A stretch of DNA of 64,000 bases from Octopus vulgaris. Its lineage: Eukaryota. The stretch spans positions 7,440,001 to 7,504,000 of the forward strand of contig OX597827.1 in NCBI GenBank assembly GCA_951406725.2, given 5' to 3'. Both the position numbers and the translations under genes were made by a program. Position 1 is the first letter of the stretch; every line of letters starts with the position of its first letter. Shown piece by piece: positions 51,987-64,000 of the stretch. The notes beneath the pieces are model-generated. The model made no database searches. It was not told where the DNA came from and saw only the letters and a program-made list of their open reading frames with translations.

Positions 51987-52317
51987 GTTATTATTATTAT
52001 TATTATATTCCAAATTCCACCAAAATCGACTTTACCTTTCATCCTTTTGGGGGTCAATGAAATTAAGTACCAGTGAAACACTAGGGGCGATGTAATTGAC
52101 AAGACCCCTCTCCACAAATTTCAGGCCTTGTACCTTTAGTAGAAAGGATTATTACTATTATTATTATTATTATTATTGTTATTATTCATTTTGTCCATCA
52201 GGTACAAGTACATGTGTATTCATTATTATTTCATTCAGTTTTACTAAAATAGAAGCATGCTTTTGATAATTCTGGAATGCATTGAAGATTTTGGTGCATA
52301 AATTTTGGCCCACCCCG
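51868..52317. mobile_element. Tc1/mariner MITE with TA TSD, containing (ATT)n and a family B fragment
   Basis: TA|CAGGGTGGGCCAAAAGTTACGCACCAAAA ... TTTTGGTGCATAAATTTTGGCCCACCCCG|TA. Confidence 0.88.
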
Positions 52318-52372
52318 TATAACAAATTCCTTGTCTCAGAAATATCGAACTGTAATCGCAAATAAATAAATA

Positions 52373-52489
52373 AACAAGAGCACTCAGTGAGTGAAAATCT
52401 TCACCAAGGCAACATCAACATCCTCTCAATGATTAGCAGGAGATGATTTTTAAAATGGGAATATCTGAAATAAACTCAAGTGTTCTCAC

Positions 52490-52524
<35 letters not shown>

Positions 52525-53060
52525 GTTTAGCGTCCGCTTTCCATGCTAGCATGGGTTGGACGGTTCAACTGGGGTCTGGGAAGCCAGAAGGCTGCACCAG
52601 GCCCAGTTTGATCTGGCAATGTTTCTATGGCTGGATGCCCTTCCCGGCACGGGGGCCAGGCAAGACTGGCAATGACCACGAACAGATGGTGCTTTTTACG
52701 TGCCTCAGGCACGAGGCCAGTCGGGGCAGCGCTGGCAACAGCCACGAATGGAAGGTTCTCTTACGTGCCACCGGCACTGGTAACTCAGCTGCAATTTCCA
52801 TTGATCGATTTCGATTCTGATTCTGATTCAGAAATGAGAATACTAAAAAATTAAGTGAAAAAATCAGAAAAATAATCCAGAATCTTTGTCCAATACCGAA
52901 TTGATCCCCAAATCTAATCACTTTGTGCCAGTTGCAAGGCCAAATATCTCTAATAGTTTCATCTGATTCCATCCAATGGTTCTTGAGATATCTTGTCCAT
53001 GGACAAACAAACAAACACGACTGAAGACAATACCTCTACCTTCGCTGAGGCAGAGGTAAT
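52373..53060 (-). mobile_element. Helentron-like non-autonomous element with nested family C copy (52493-52830)
   Basis: Minus strand shows a 5' ACCTCTGCCT...AGGTAGAGGT stem-loop, (GTTT)n, a 3' subTIR and the CACTCACTGAGTG palindrome; sits in (TAAA)n. Confidence 0.75.
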
Positions 53061-53675
53061 AAATAAATAAATAAATACCGTATTTGATGCATGGGTTTAT
53101 TAGTCTCACCCCAAGTTCAGTAGTACATATTGGGGGAAAAAAGTTTTTTGAGTGCATTAAAGCATATGGGAAGCCTAACTTCACATAAAGGACCTGGGGT
53201 GATTTTTTGAGCTACATTTTTTGGGGGGGAAAAAAACCAAAAAACATCTTATATGCCCTCTAATAAAAAAAGCAATTGAAAAACATTAAAAGTTAAAAAA
53301 TATTAAAAATGTAGTCTTAAGTCTATGATGCCTTTGGAAATATTTTTCAAACTTCACAATTCTCATTTCTTTTCTGACACATTTCACATATCTGATAGGG
53401 ATAATCTAATTATATCAAATTATAACTTAATTATTTCTAATTATTTCATTTCTTGTACCTAATAGGAAACCTGCTTGAAGTCTCTCTCTTGGTTAGAAAT
53501 AGCAGCCAAATTTCCCTCCAGTAACACCCTACTGCAACAAAAAGTAAGACTGCTGGAAGACATTTGATCATAGGTTTATTCAGTCAGGGTTAATTGAGAG
53601 CTTAGTAGCAGCAAACGCTGCAGCAGTAGTAACAGCAACAGCAGCAGCAAAAGCAGCAGCAACAACAGCAGCTGA

Positions 53676-53706
<31 letters not shown>

Positions 53707-54381
53707 GCAATGGCAAGAGCAGTAGTAGTGATAACAACGATTTCAAACAGAGCTTACCTATCCACAATTATAGCTATTTCCCCTTTTTGAACAAAGCCAT
53801 TGAGAAGCCTATAAACAGTTTCTCAAACTGCTAGATATTGCAGCTAAATTACACCTTGGTTTTAAAGAAGGAATGGTTCTCTTAAATAATGTAAATGTAC
53901 ATAACAAAACAGAGAGAGAAGTGGGGAGACAGACGGACAGAGAGAATCTAGATGAGTTTTTATTTGGAGTTACTGTTCTCTTAGAAGGTCAGGGGACTAC
54001 ATCTTGCTTGTATACTTCATGTTTGTGGCTTGGTTTCTATGGCTGGATGTCCTTCCTGATGCCAACTACTTTGCAGACTACCAGGGACAGTTTATCATAG
54101 TACCAGCACTTGAGAAATTGTCATACTCTCAACAAGCCTTAAGAGTCCACTCAACCCCCAACACTTAACAGAATGTACTGACTGAATTTTAACATGGCAC
54201 CTCCACTAAAGAAACTATCATGTTCTCGACTAGATGAAAGAGTCCTCTTGACCCCCACATCTATTCTTGCTCTCTCCAATCCCTTTACAGAATGTCTTGT
54301 GGGGAATTATGCTGACACCAACATGAGTGGGGTTGCCTTGTACTTTGTAAGATTTGACACTCTGCATTGCTTTATAATGTA

Positions 54382-54819
54382 TTAGCAGTATCGCCCGGCG
54401 TTGCTCGGGTTTGTAAGGGAAATAACTATATAAGCATTTTTAGAGAGTTATAACCAAAAAATACCAAAAAAATGCATTAAAAATGGAAAAAAAAATGATG
54501 GAAATGTAGTGAAAAGTAACAACCAAGATGAGGACATCACTCCAATTAATACATTTTTTAAAATCGTTGACTCATCGTAGACATTTTTAGAAAGTTACTT
54601 CCCTTATATAATAGCGAAAAAAATGCATTAAAATGGAAAAAAATGATGGTAAATTTTTTTTTAGATCGTAGATGCGCTCTAATACCCAGAAGGGATCGAT
54701 ATGAATCACGACTATAAGATACCTGGTTTTGGTTACACTGCACTGCAAAATGTGGGAGTAGTTAGGAATCTAAATCGTAGGAGACAGACAGCACACAACC
54801 TTACTTTTATGTATAAAGA
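54382..54819 (-). mobile_element. Non-autonomous Helitron
   Basis: Minus strand A|TC start; 3' CCCGAGCAACGCCGGG hairpin plus CTAA|T; homologous to 59657-60051. Confidence 0.88.
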
Positions 54820-55233
54820 TTTCATTTACTCAGCATCTACATAGCTGAAGTGATGATTAGATGTAGGATGAGGAACAAAGAGATGATGGCGAGAAGAACA
54901 AAAAGTATGAGGAGAGAAACAGCATAACTGGAATAAAAGAGAGTGGAAGAAAAGATGAGAGAATAATGGTGGCAAAGGAGTTAGGCATGAGACCGATAGA
55001 ATAAGTACTAGGCTTACAAAGAATAAGTTCTGGGGTCGATTTGTTCGACTAAAGGTGGTGCTCCAGCATGACCGCAGTCAAATTGCTGAAACAAGTAAAA
55101 GAGTAACAGATAGTAATGTGGATGATGGATGTCAATACTAGGCGTCATGGAGGTGATGGGAGTATGTAGAGTGATGGTGAAGGACATGTTTTAGATGTAA
55201 GTCTGATGTGATCCACATGTATCTAGATATATA

Positions 55234-55465
55234 TATTTCTTTACTACCCACAAGGGGCTAAACATAGAGGGGACAAACAAGGACAGGCAAAGAGATTAAG
55301 TCGATTACATCGACCCCAGTGTGAAACTGGTACTTTATTTATCGACCCTGAAAGGATGAAAGGCAAAGTCGACCTCGGTGGAATTTGAACTCAGAATGTA
55401 ACATCAGACGAAATACTGCAAAGCATTTCGCCTGGCGTGCTAACATTTCTGCCAGCTCGCTGCCT
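55234..55465 (-). mobile_element. SINE family B with 14-bp TSD
   Basis: TSD TATCTAGATATATA at 55220-55233 and 55466-55479. Confidence 0.9.
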
Positions 55466-55621
55466 TATCTAGATATATAGTTTACATTTCCATTAAGGTA
55501 AGATAAAAAAAAAAGTGGTCTGTTTGGTGAAGGATAAATAATATATTAGTAGGTCATAGATCAGTAGCCACTACACACATTTTTTTTCTCTCGTCTCTCT
55601 CCTTGTTTCCTTCTGTGTTCA

Positions 55622-55656
55622 TTTCTGTAGAAGAGCATAGGCTCGAAACGTAAAAG
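55622..55656 (+). ncRNA. Minimal hammerhead motif, A6U core variant
   Basis: UUU-CUGUAGA-A-GAGC(AUAG)GCUC-GAAA-CG-UA^-AAA. Confidence 0.6.
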
Positions 55657-55724
55657 ACTTTCTCAATTCCTGAGCGTTATACTAATACATCTGTTTGTTT
55701 TCTACACCACCTGTCTTCGAGGTG

Positions 55725-55760
55725 GGTTTAACGTTTCGAGCGGAGCTCTTCGTCAGAAAC
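55725..55760 (-). ncRNA. Minimal type-I hammerhead ribozyme, intact core
   Basis: GUUU-CUGACGA-A-GAGC(UCC)GCUC-GAAA-CG-UU^-AAAC; palindromic ACGU stem III, stem I GUUU/AAAC. Confidence 0.75.
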
Positions 55761-55915
55761 AGGAAGAGGAAAGATCCAGAGAAGGGAAGATGGAGGAAAA
55801 AAATCACCAACCGTACACATGCGGTCACATTTTGAATGACCAGAAGGGAATGGGTGAAGAAAAGTTCTTTCAAAGACAGGAGAGTGCAAGAGGAGGTAAA
55901 CATATATATAAATAC

Positions 55916-55981
<66 letters not shown>

Positions 55982-56305
55982 ATTGTTGTATTTCAGGATA
56001 GTCAATTTTTTTTTTCTTTTTTGCCAAATAAACACACTCACTATATATTCATTCTTCACTTGTTTATTGCTAATCTTATTCCAACTCATGTCCGTTGTCC
56101 AGAGAACTTTTGTCACACATCTGTGACCTCTTCAGCAACACATTATGTCCTCATGTGTACTCCTGCTCTGCTTAGTCCATGCTGTTCTTTTATGATGTGT
56201 ATCCTTACATACAATATATGATAAATATATACATACATACATATATATTTATATATATATATATACACGCACATACATGTGTGTGTGTGTAACCACATAT
56301 ATATA

Positions 56306-56720
56306 TCATCATCAACATCATCATTGTTTAACATCTGTTTTCCATGCTAGCACGGGTTGGACGGTTCAACTGGGATCTGGGAAGCCAGGAGGCTGCACCA
56401 GGCTCCAGTCTGATCTGGCAGTGTTTCTACAGCTGGATGCCCTTCCTAACGCCAACCACTCCGAGAGTGTAGTGGGTGCTTTTTATGTGCCACCTGCACA
56501 GGTGCCAGACGAGGCTGGCAAACGGCTATGATTGGATGGTGCTTTTTACGTGTCACCAGCACGGGGGCCAGACGAGGCTGGCAACGGCTACAATCGGATG
56601 GTGCTTTTTCGTGCCACCAGCACGGAGGCCAGTTGGGGCGGCGCTGGCAACGGCCACGTTCAGACGGTTCTCTTACGTGCCACCGGCACTGGTATCTCAG
56701 CTACAATTTCCATTGATGTT
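56306..56720 (-). mobile_element. Family C copy
   Basis: Common 3' end plus four diverged internal units. Confidence 0.88.
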
Positions 56721-57084
56721 GAAAGATAAACATTCATATATACATATATACATACACATGCATATACAAACACATACACTTATTCTCTCTTCCTCTCTCT
56801 CCCTCTCTCTCTCTCTCGCTCTCTCACACACACACACACATGTACATATGCATCAACAACCATGTATACACAGACATTTGGCCATGTTGTCAACAAACCT
56901 GATCCATGCTATATTATCTGTATTTGCTAGATAATATGAATTCTTAGTATGGGGAAATAATACTGAAGAGACAAAAAAGGAGGAAGAAACAGGAAGAGGA
57001 ATTAGAAGTATAAGACGTTGCTGAGCAACACTATGTCTGGATTTTTTAATGAAATTAAGTGGCTGTCTCTTTATTTCTCTTTTA

Positions 57085-58590
57085 CATGCATGCATGCACA
57101 CACACACACAAACATGTACACACACACACACATACACACATGCACATATGCCTGCACAGAGGCATGCATGCAGACACAGGGGCATGCAAGCACACATACA
57201 CAAACACACACACACACATACACATACACACACATATACACATGCACATATGCATGCACAGAGGCATGCACACAGACACAGGAACATGCACGCACACATA
57301 CACACATGCACAAATGCACATACATGCAAAAATGCACATACATGTACAAATGCACATATGTGCACAAATTCACATACGTGCACAGAGGCATGCACAAACA
57401 TACACAGAGGAGTTCACACATACACACACAGACACACACACACAGACAAGAGAGCTCACAGACATATACACACACAGAGGAATGCACACAGGTGCATACA
57501 CACACACAGAAGTGCATACAGACACACACACACTCACACAGTGGAGTGCATACACATGCACACACAGAGAGGAGTGCATAGACATGCACACACACACACA
57601 CACAGAGGAGGGCACGCAGACACATGTATGCACATACACACATAGAAGTATACATACACACACACACACAAGCATGCATACAGGCAACACACATATAAAA
57701 GCATATGCATGCACACACACACACATACATGCATACATTGACTGTTATGCTCATACACACACACAGAAATGCATGTACACATGCTCATACATGTATCTGC
57801 ATACCAATACACGCAAGCTTACAAAGGCAAGCAGACATACATGTGCACAAAAGTGGATTCACACACACACACACACACATATTCTTACACACAAACATAG
57901 ACACACACACATGCACATACATATACACACAGATACACTCACACACATGCATACAGACAACACACATATACATAAGTATACAGAGCAGATACACACACAT
58001 ACACACTCACAGATACATATACACACACACTCACAGGTACATATACACTCACACTCACAGATACTTATACACACATACTCACAGATACATATACACACAC
58101 ACTCACAGATACATATACACACACACTCACAGATACATATACACACACACTCACAGATACATATACACACACACTCACAGATACATATACACACACACTC
58201 ACAGACACATATACACACACATATACACACACACTCACAGATACATATACACACACACTCACAGATACATATACACACACACTCACAGATACATATACAC
58301 ACACATGCACATTCTCTCTTTCCTTTTCTCTCTCACACACACACAAGCATACATATACACACACACATGCATACATACACGTACACACACACACACAAGC
58401 ATACATATACTCACACACATGCATACACAAGCAGACAAATACATAAGCATACAGAGCAGATACACACACATACACACTCACAGATACATATACTCAGACA
58501 TGCACATTCTATCTTTCCCTTTCTAACACACACACACACACACGCACACGCACACACACACACACACACAAGCATACACACACACACGCA
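57085..58590. repeat. (CA)-rich tract including a 24-bp minisatellite (TCACAGATACATATACACACACAC)n at ~58007-58305
   Basis: Directly visible. Confidence 0.92.
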
Positions 58591-59021
58591 CATCTGTACA
58601 CTGGAATCTGAAATTGTACTGGAAGCTGTTGTTTGCACAGTTGATTCTTATCAATAAGAATTCTATGAAATTATGGAAAACAAGCAACAACAACAACAAC
58701 AACAAAAACAACAAACAACAAATAAACTAAAATATTACATGATGAGGATGGACCAGAACTGATTGCTTCATACAGTTCAATCCAGTTTAATTGTTTTGTT
58801 ATTTATTTCTTTATCGTATTTTTATTTCTTTTCTTTTTTTTTTGCTTAAGGTAGCAGTGAGAGTAGGATTAGTGGGAACACTTTATTTTTTTTTCTTGTA
58901 TTTTAAAATTTCCTGTGAGTTTTCAATTTTCATTTATTTATTTATTTTTATTGCTTTGCAGAGGGGTAAGGGGTGTACAAATTCTTTTGGATTTGTAGAA
59001 ATTTGTAGAAATTTGTAGAAA

Positions 59022-59254
59022 AAGGCGGCGAGCTGGCAGAAACGTTAGCATGCCAGGCGAAATGCTTAGCGGTATTTCGTCTGCCGTTACGTTGTGAGTT
59101 CAAATTCCGGCGAGGTCAACTTTGCCTTTCATCCTTTCGGGGTCGATTAAATAAGTACCAGTTACGCACTGGAGTCGATATAATCGACTTAATCTGTTTG
59201 TCTATCCTTGTTTGTCCTCTCTGTGTTTAGCCCCTTATGGGTAGTAAAGAAATA
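59022..59254 (+). mobile_element. SINE family B
   Basis: Full-length match to 46781-47010. Confidence 0.9.
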
Positions 59255-59656
59255 GAAATTTAGATATTTCCATTTCAGATATTAATATTTGAAACTGACA
59301 ATTTTCTACCCAAGAACTTAAGCAGTGTGTGCTGATGATGCTCATATAGGCAGAAACATGACTTTGAAGAACTCTTGATTCTTGTTATTATCTCCCCTCC
59401 TCGAGAGGAGCTGGTCTTAATTGCTATTTGGTAATTCTGATACATCCTCCAGAGATGGAAATAATATTAATAGATCAAGAATTTGTGCTGTCTGATGTTT
59501 GATATACCTGTATTTGTCTATGTTGTTCAAATTCATGTCTCTGGCCCTTCTGAATTATTTCTCTTTGGTAACTTTTATTTAAATTATGCAAAACAGTATA
59601 ATATTAGTTCAACTTTCATGAACCGAGATTACGATGCCTTCATCCCTGAATATGCA

Positions 59657-60051
59657 TCTTTATATATAAAAGTGAAGTTGTGTGTCTGTCTCCTACGATT
59701 TAGATTCCTAACTACTCCCACATTTTGCGGTGCAGTTTAACCAAAACCGGGTATCTTATAGTCGTGATTCATATCGAGCCCTTCTGCATATTAGCGCGCG
59801 TCTACGATGAGTCTACGATTTAAAAAATAATTTACCGTCATTTTTTTCCATTTTAATGCATTTTTTGCTATTATATAAGGGAAGTAACTCTCTAAAAATG
59901 TCTACGATGAGTCAACGATTTTTAAAAAAACTTACCATCATTTTTTTTCCATTTTTAATGCATTTTTTGCTATTTTTTGCTATAACTCTCTAAAAATGCT
60001 TATATAGTTATTTCCCTTACAAACCCGAGCAACGCCGGGAGATACTGCTAG
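59657..60051 (+). mobile_element. Non-autonomous Helitron with canonical ends
   Basis: A|TC...CCCGAGCAACGCCGGG hairpin...CTAG|T. Confidence 0.92.
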
Positions 60052-60733
60052 TCTATTATATAGTTCTTGCACGCATGCATTTAAATGCTTTGACATATCT
60101 TGTTACACCAGCTGAGCACTTTGAGTGTATACTTTTCTAAGATATTTATTATTTCTCTTAGTTTGTTCTTGATTGGGTCTTATACTGAGCACTCCCAATG
60201 TCTACAACAGCTATATGTTGAGTGAGTTTAAATGATTAATTGTTTTCAGTTTAACACTGGCTGAGTAGAAAGGCAGTCACTGAAACATCTTGATGTCCTG
60301 CAAAGTAAAGACAAGATAAATATTCCATACTGTCCACACTAATATTTAACTGTTTTTAAAAAATATGCTATTTGTAATTATTTTATAAACGGGTATGGAT
60401 AATGAAACAAGCTAAGCTAAGTAGTTTTTGAAATATGTTTTCGAAATTTTTAACTTAGAAACATAAGATCTTTCCAATTCTCATAAGTTTCAGCAGAGAA
60501 TATTTCACCCAAAGATTATTACTTGTATGATTATATTTTTTATAGCAATAAGTTCTGTCTCATAGTCAATATATATAAAAGACAATCAGTTAGTACTTAT
60601 ATTCTAGTTAAATAAAAGAAGTGGGTACAAAAACATAACTAAAATACTTATAGTTATGATTGTAAATGATAATTATTTAACCGATATATCACTGAGCTAG
60701 ATTCAAGTTTACATAGCAATGAATGATATTTAA

Positions 60734-60953
60734 CCCTTTTGTCACCATATTTTTGTTGAGACGCTCTGTGTTTCTTTCAATTATTTTAAATATAACAAGG
60801 AATTTAGTAAAATAACTTAGTCATCATTAAGCTAGTGTTAGGAGCATAAATTGTGACTAAGGTTTCATGGAAGATTTTAATTCAAAACTTATGAAAACAA
60901 GACATTTTACCACAGAGCCAGAGCCGGTTTCAGCCAGGTTAGTATCAAAAGGG
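60734..60953. mobile_element. piggyBac-type MITE
   Basis: TTAA|CCCTTTTGTCAC ... GTATCAAAAGGG|TTAA. Confidence 0.85.
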
Positions 60954-61799
60954 TTAAGTGTCAAACAGAGAGTTAATATAACCCTTCCCATGGAACTGAA
61001 GAAGGCAAAAATATCAGTGTTTCTTTTTTAATTTCTCCAAAATCAAATGACTTATTCCATTACAGTGAGGATTTAGTCTCAGAAAGTACCATGGTAACAA
61101 ATATTTCCCCTTTTCATTTATGATCTCATTAAAAATTTTAAAATCTTCGCTAAAGGAATGCATTATGTAAATGAAAATTGGTCATCCAATTAGAGTTTTT
61201 TTTAAGTTCTTGCTTCACTAACGAAGAGATTCTTTATAAGAACATGATTTTATTAGTGCTTAGTAGATTAGATTTATCTTTATTTTGGGCAGCTGCTACA
61301 TATAAGAAATCTTCTTGATTCATGTAAGAATCAATCTGGCTCTATGAAATAATAATTTCTCCCTGTGCATACATACATACATACATAGATACATATATGC
61401 ATGCAGATATGTATGTATGTATACATACATACATGCATGCATGCGTACACACACATACATGCATACACACATACACATATTCTTTTTTACTCTTTTACAT
61501 GTTTCAGCCATAAGGTATATATTCATATATATACATATGTATATATATATAAAAATTAGAAAAAAAACACCTTTTATCAATTCAAAATGAACAATTAAAT
61601 TACACCATCTAGAAAGTTACATATAATAGAAATATTAAAATTAAAATAACAATAATATACAGATGATTAAGTAAATTGCAAAATAATAATAAAAAACGTA
61701 TATAATTGATATATATATACATATATACAGATATATGTATATATATACATATATATATCTATATATACATACATATAGATACATATATAAATATGCATG

Positions 61800-61801
61800 T
61801 G

Positions 61802-61842
<41 letters not shown>

Positions 61843-61847
61843 ATCCA

Positions 61848-61935
<88 letters not shown>

Positions 61936-62020
61936 GACAAATAGATAAATAAATGGATAAATAGATAGATAGATAGATAAATAGCTAGATAGATTGATAA
62001 ATAGATAGACAGATAAATAA

Positions 62021-62075
<55 letters not shown>

Positions 62076-62124
62076 GATGGATATATAGATAGATAGATAG
62101 ATGGATATATATATATAGATAGAT

Positions 62125-62168
<44 letters not shown>

Positions 62169-62220
62169 CGACAGACAGACACTCAGACAGACAAATCGGT
62201 AGATAGATAGATACATACAC
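61800..62220. repeat. (TCTA)n-(TA)n-(TAGA)n microsatellite
   Basis: Directly visible. Confidence 0.93.
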
Positions 62221-62811
62221 ACACACAGTTTCTTGATTACCTACAAACAATACTATTTAGGTCTATTTCAGTACGATAAATCCTTTTGGCTTAACATTAT
62301 ATGAGATTCAAGGTTTTTGAAAATTTTCTAATCTAGAAATCAAAAAGGGAAAAATGAAACACAAAAACAAAAGTTAAAAAAGAAAACACAACAAAGATGA
62401 AGGAGCTACAAATGGAAAAAAATAAATTTTGAATAATAGGGATTTGTTTCTCTAGGAAACATTTTTCCTGCCTAGTATAGATAACATAGAGACTTATTTC
62501 GGTAAATGATTTAGAGATAGCAGCAGTGTAGTTAATCTGATAAAATATCTGATTCCAGCAGATAGAAAGCCAATTTAATTCTCATTGGCTACAGTAATTT
62601 AACTTAATTCATCTCTCTAATGAAGGCAGTGAATATAAGCATTAGCTCACTAAATATCCCCAAGGAAACAAAACTTAAGAGTCGCTATCAGGAATGAAGC
62701 GTAAAATAATTAATGAAATTTGCTTGGTATTTGCTCTCTCTGTCTATCTAACTGTCTCTCTTCATATGTGTGTGTGTGTGTGTGTGTATACATGTATATA
62801 TTGTGTGTGTG

Positions 62812-62861
<50 letters not shown>

Positions 62862-62928
62862 AATTGTGTACAGTGCTCAGGTGCACTACAATATATATGT
62901 ATGTATGTATGTATGTGTATGTATGTAT

Positions 62929-62976
<48 letters not shown>

Positions 62977-63048
62977 GTATGTATATATATATATGTGTGT
63001 GTGTGTGTGTGCGTATTATTTCACAGCATAAAAACAGTAAACATAAAT

Positions 63049-63472
63049 ATCATCATCATCATCGTTTAACGTCCGTTCTCCATGCTAGCATAGGTTGGAC
63101 GGTTCGACTGGGGATCTGGGAAGCCAGAAGGCTGCACCAGGCTCCGGTCTTATCTGGCAATGTTTCTACTGCTGGATGCCCTTCCTAACGCCAACCACTC
63201 CGTGAGTGTAGTGGGTGCTTTTTACGTGCCACCTGCACAGGTGCCAGGCGAGGCTAGCAACGGCCACGGTCGGATTGGTGTATTTTATGTGCCACCGGCA
63301 CGGAAGCCAGTCGAGGCGGCGCTGGCATCAGCCACGAGTCGGATAGTGCTTTTTACGTACCACCAGACCAGGGATCCTGGCTGGTTCAATTCGATTTCGC
63401 TTTTGCTTGCCCCAACATGTCTTCGCAAGCAAAGGGGGTTGGCATGGGTGCCTGTCGTACAGTCGGATTGGT
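63049..63472 (-). mobile_element. Family C copy including its probable 5' region
   Basis: Common 3' end, three internal units, then sequence shared with 26965-27080. Confidence 0.87.
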
Positions 63473-63495
63473 GTATACATATATATATATATATA

Positions 63496-63580
<85 letters not shown>

Positions 63581-63852
63581 TTGCTACTTTTATGCAGTGA
63601 TGTACTAATTTTTTGACTAAGCAGAAAACCAATGTTTTACAAATGTGGAATAAAGTCCATTGAATATACTGCAGTAAATAACAGGTACTTATTTTATCTC
63701 TGTGTACTTATTGAAACACTAAGTTACTGTGTTTGATAAAAAGGCATACAACTTGACACATTAGTTTACAGCAGCAAATGATAATAATACAGTCACAGAC
63801 AGCGGGACAAATGACCATACATCCAGATATGCACGTGTACATAAACACACAG

Positions 63853-63897
<45 letters not shown>

Positions 63898-63959
63898 CAT
63901 ATATATGTACATATATATATATATATATATATAGATACATATATATATATATATATATG

Positions 63960-64000
<41 letters not shown>

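Noticed and set aside
57059-58657. 532-aa His/Thr-rich ORF
   Set aside because: Translation of (CA)-rich repeats; several frames are open.

Overview
Gene-poor, AT-rich animal genomic DNA, most likely from a coleoid cephalopod (Octopus-like). That assignment is an inference from the extreme microsatellite density and the SINE repertoire. Almost every long ORF in the supplied track is a microsatellite artefact. The window is a mosaic of microsatellites and transposable elements. Retroelements: at least four tRNA-headed SINE families (A, B, D, F), an RTE-related non-autonomous family with internal ~62-bp repeats (C), RTE and CR1 LINE fragments, and two R4/Dong-type non-LTR elements with a restriction-like endonuclease inserted in (TAA)n. 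DNA elements: a dead Tc1 transposase, Tc1/mariner and piggyBac MITEs, Helitrons (one keeps a Pif1-helicase remnant) and Helentron-like elements. The only host-gene candidate is a proline-rich exon at ~29660-30489. The most notable hidden signal is about ten dispersed minimal type-I hammerhead ribozyme motifs of the Penelope-like (PLE) kind. They carry differing palindromic stem III sequences, several sit in fold-back hairpins within (TA)n, some have intact cores, and three have the U3-A8 covariant core. Also notable is an in-frame 54-bp minisatellite with a 9-unit higher-order duplication, derived from a retrotransposon endonuclease coding region. Element boundaries were read by eye and are approximate unless a TSD or TIR is quoted.
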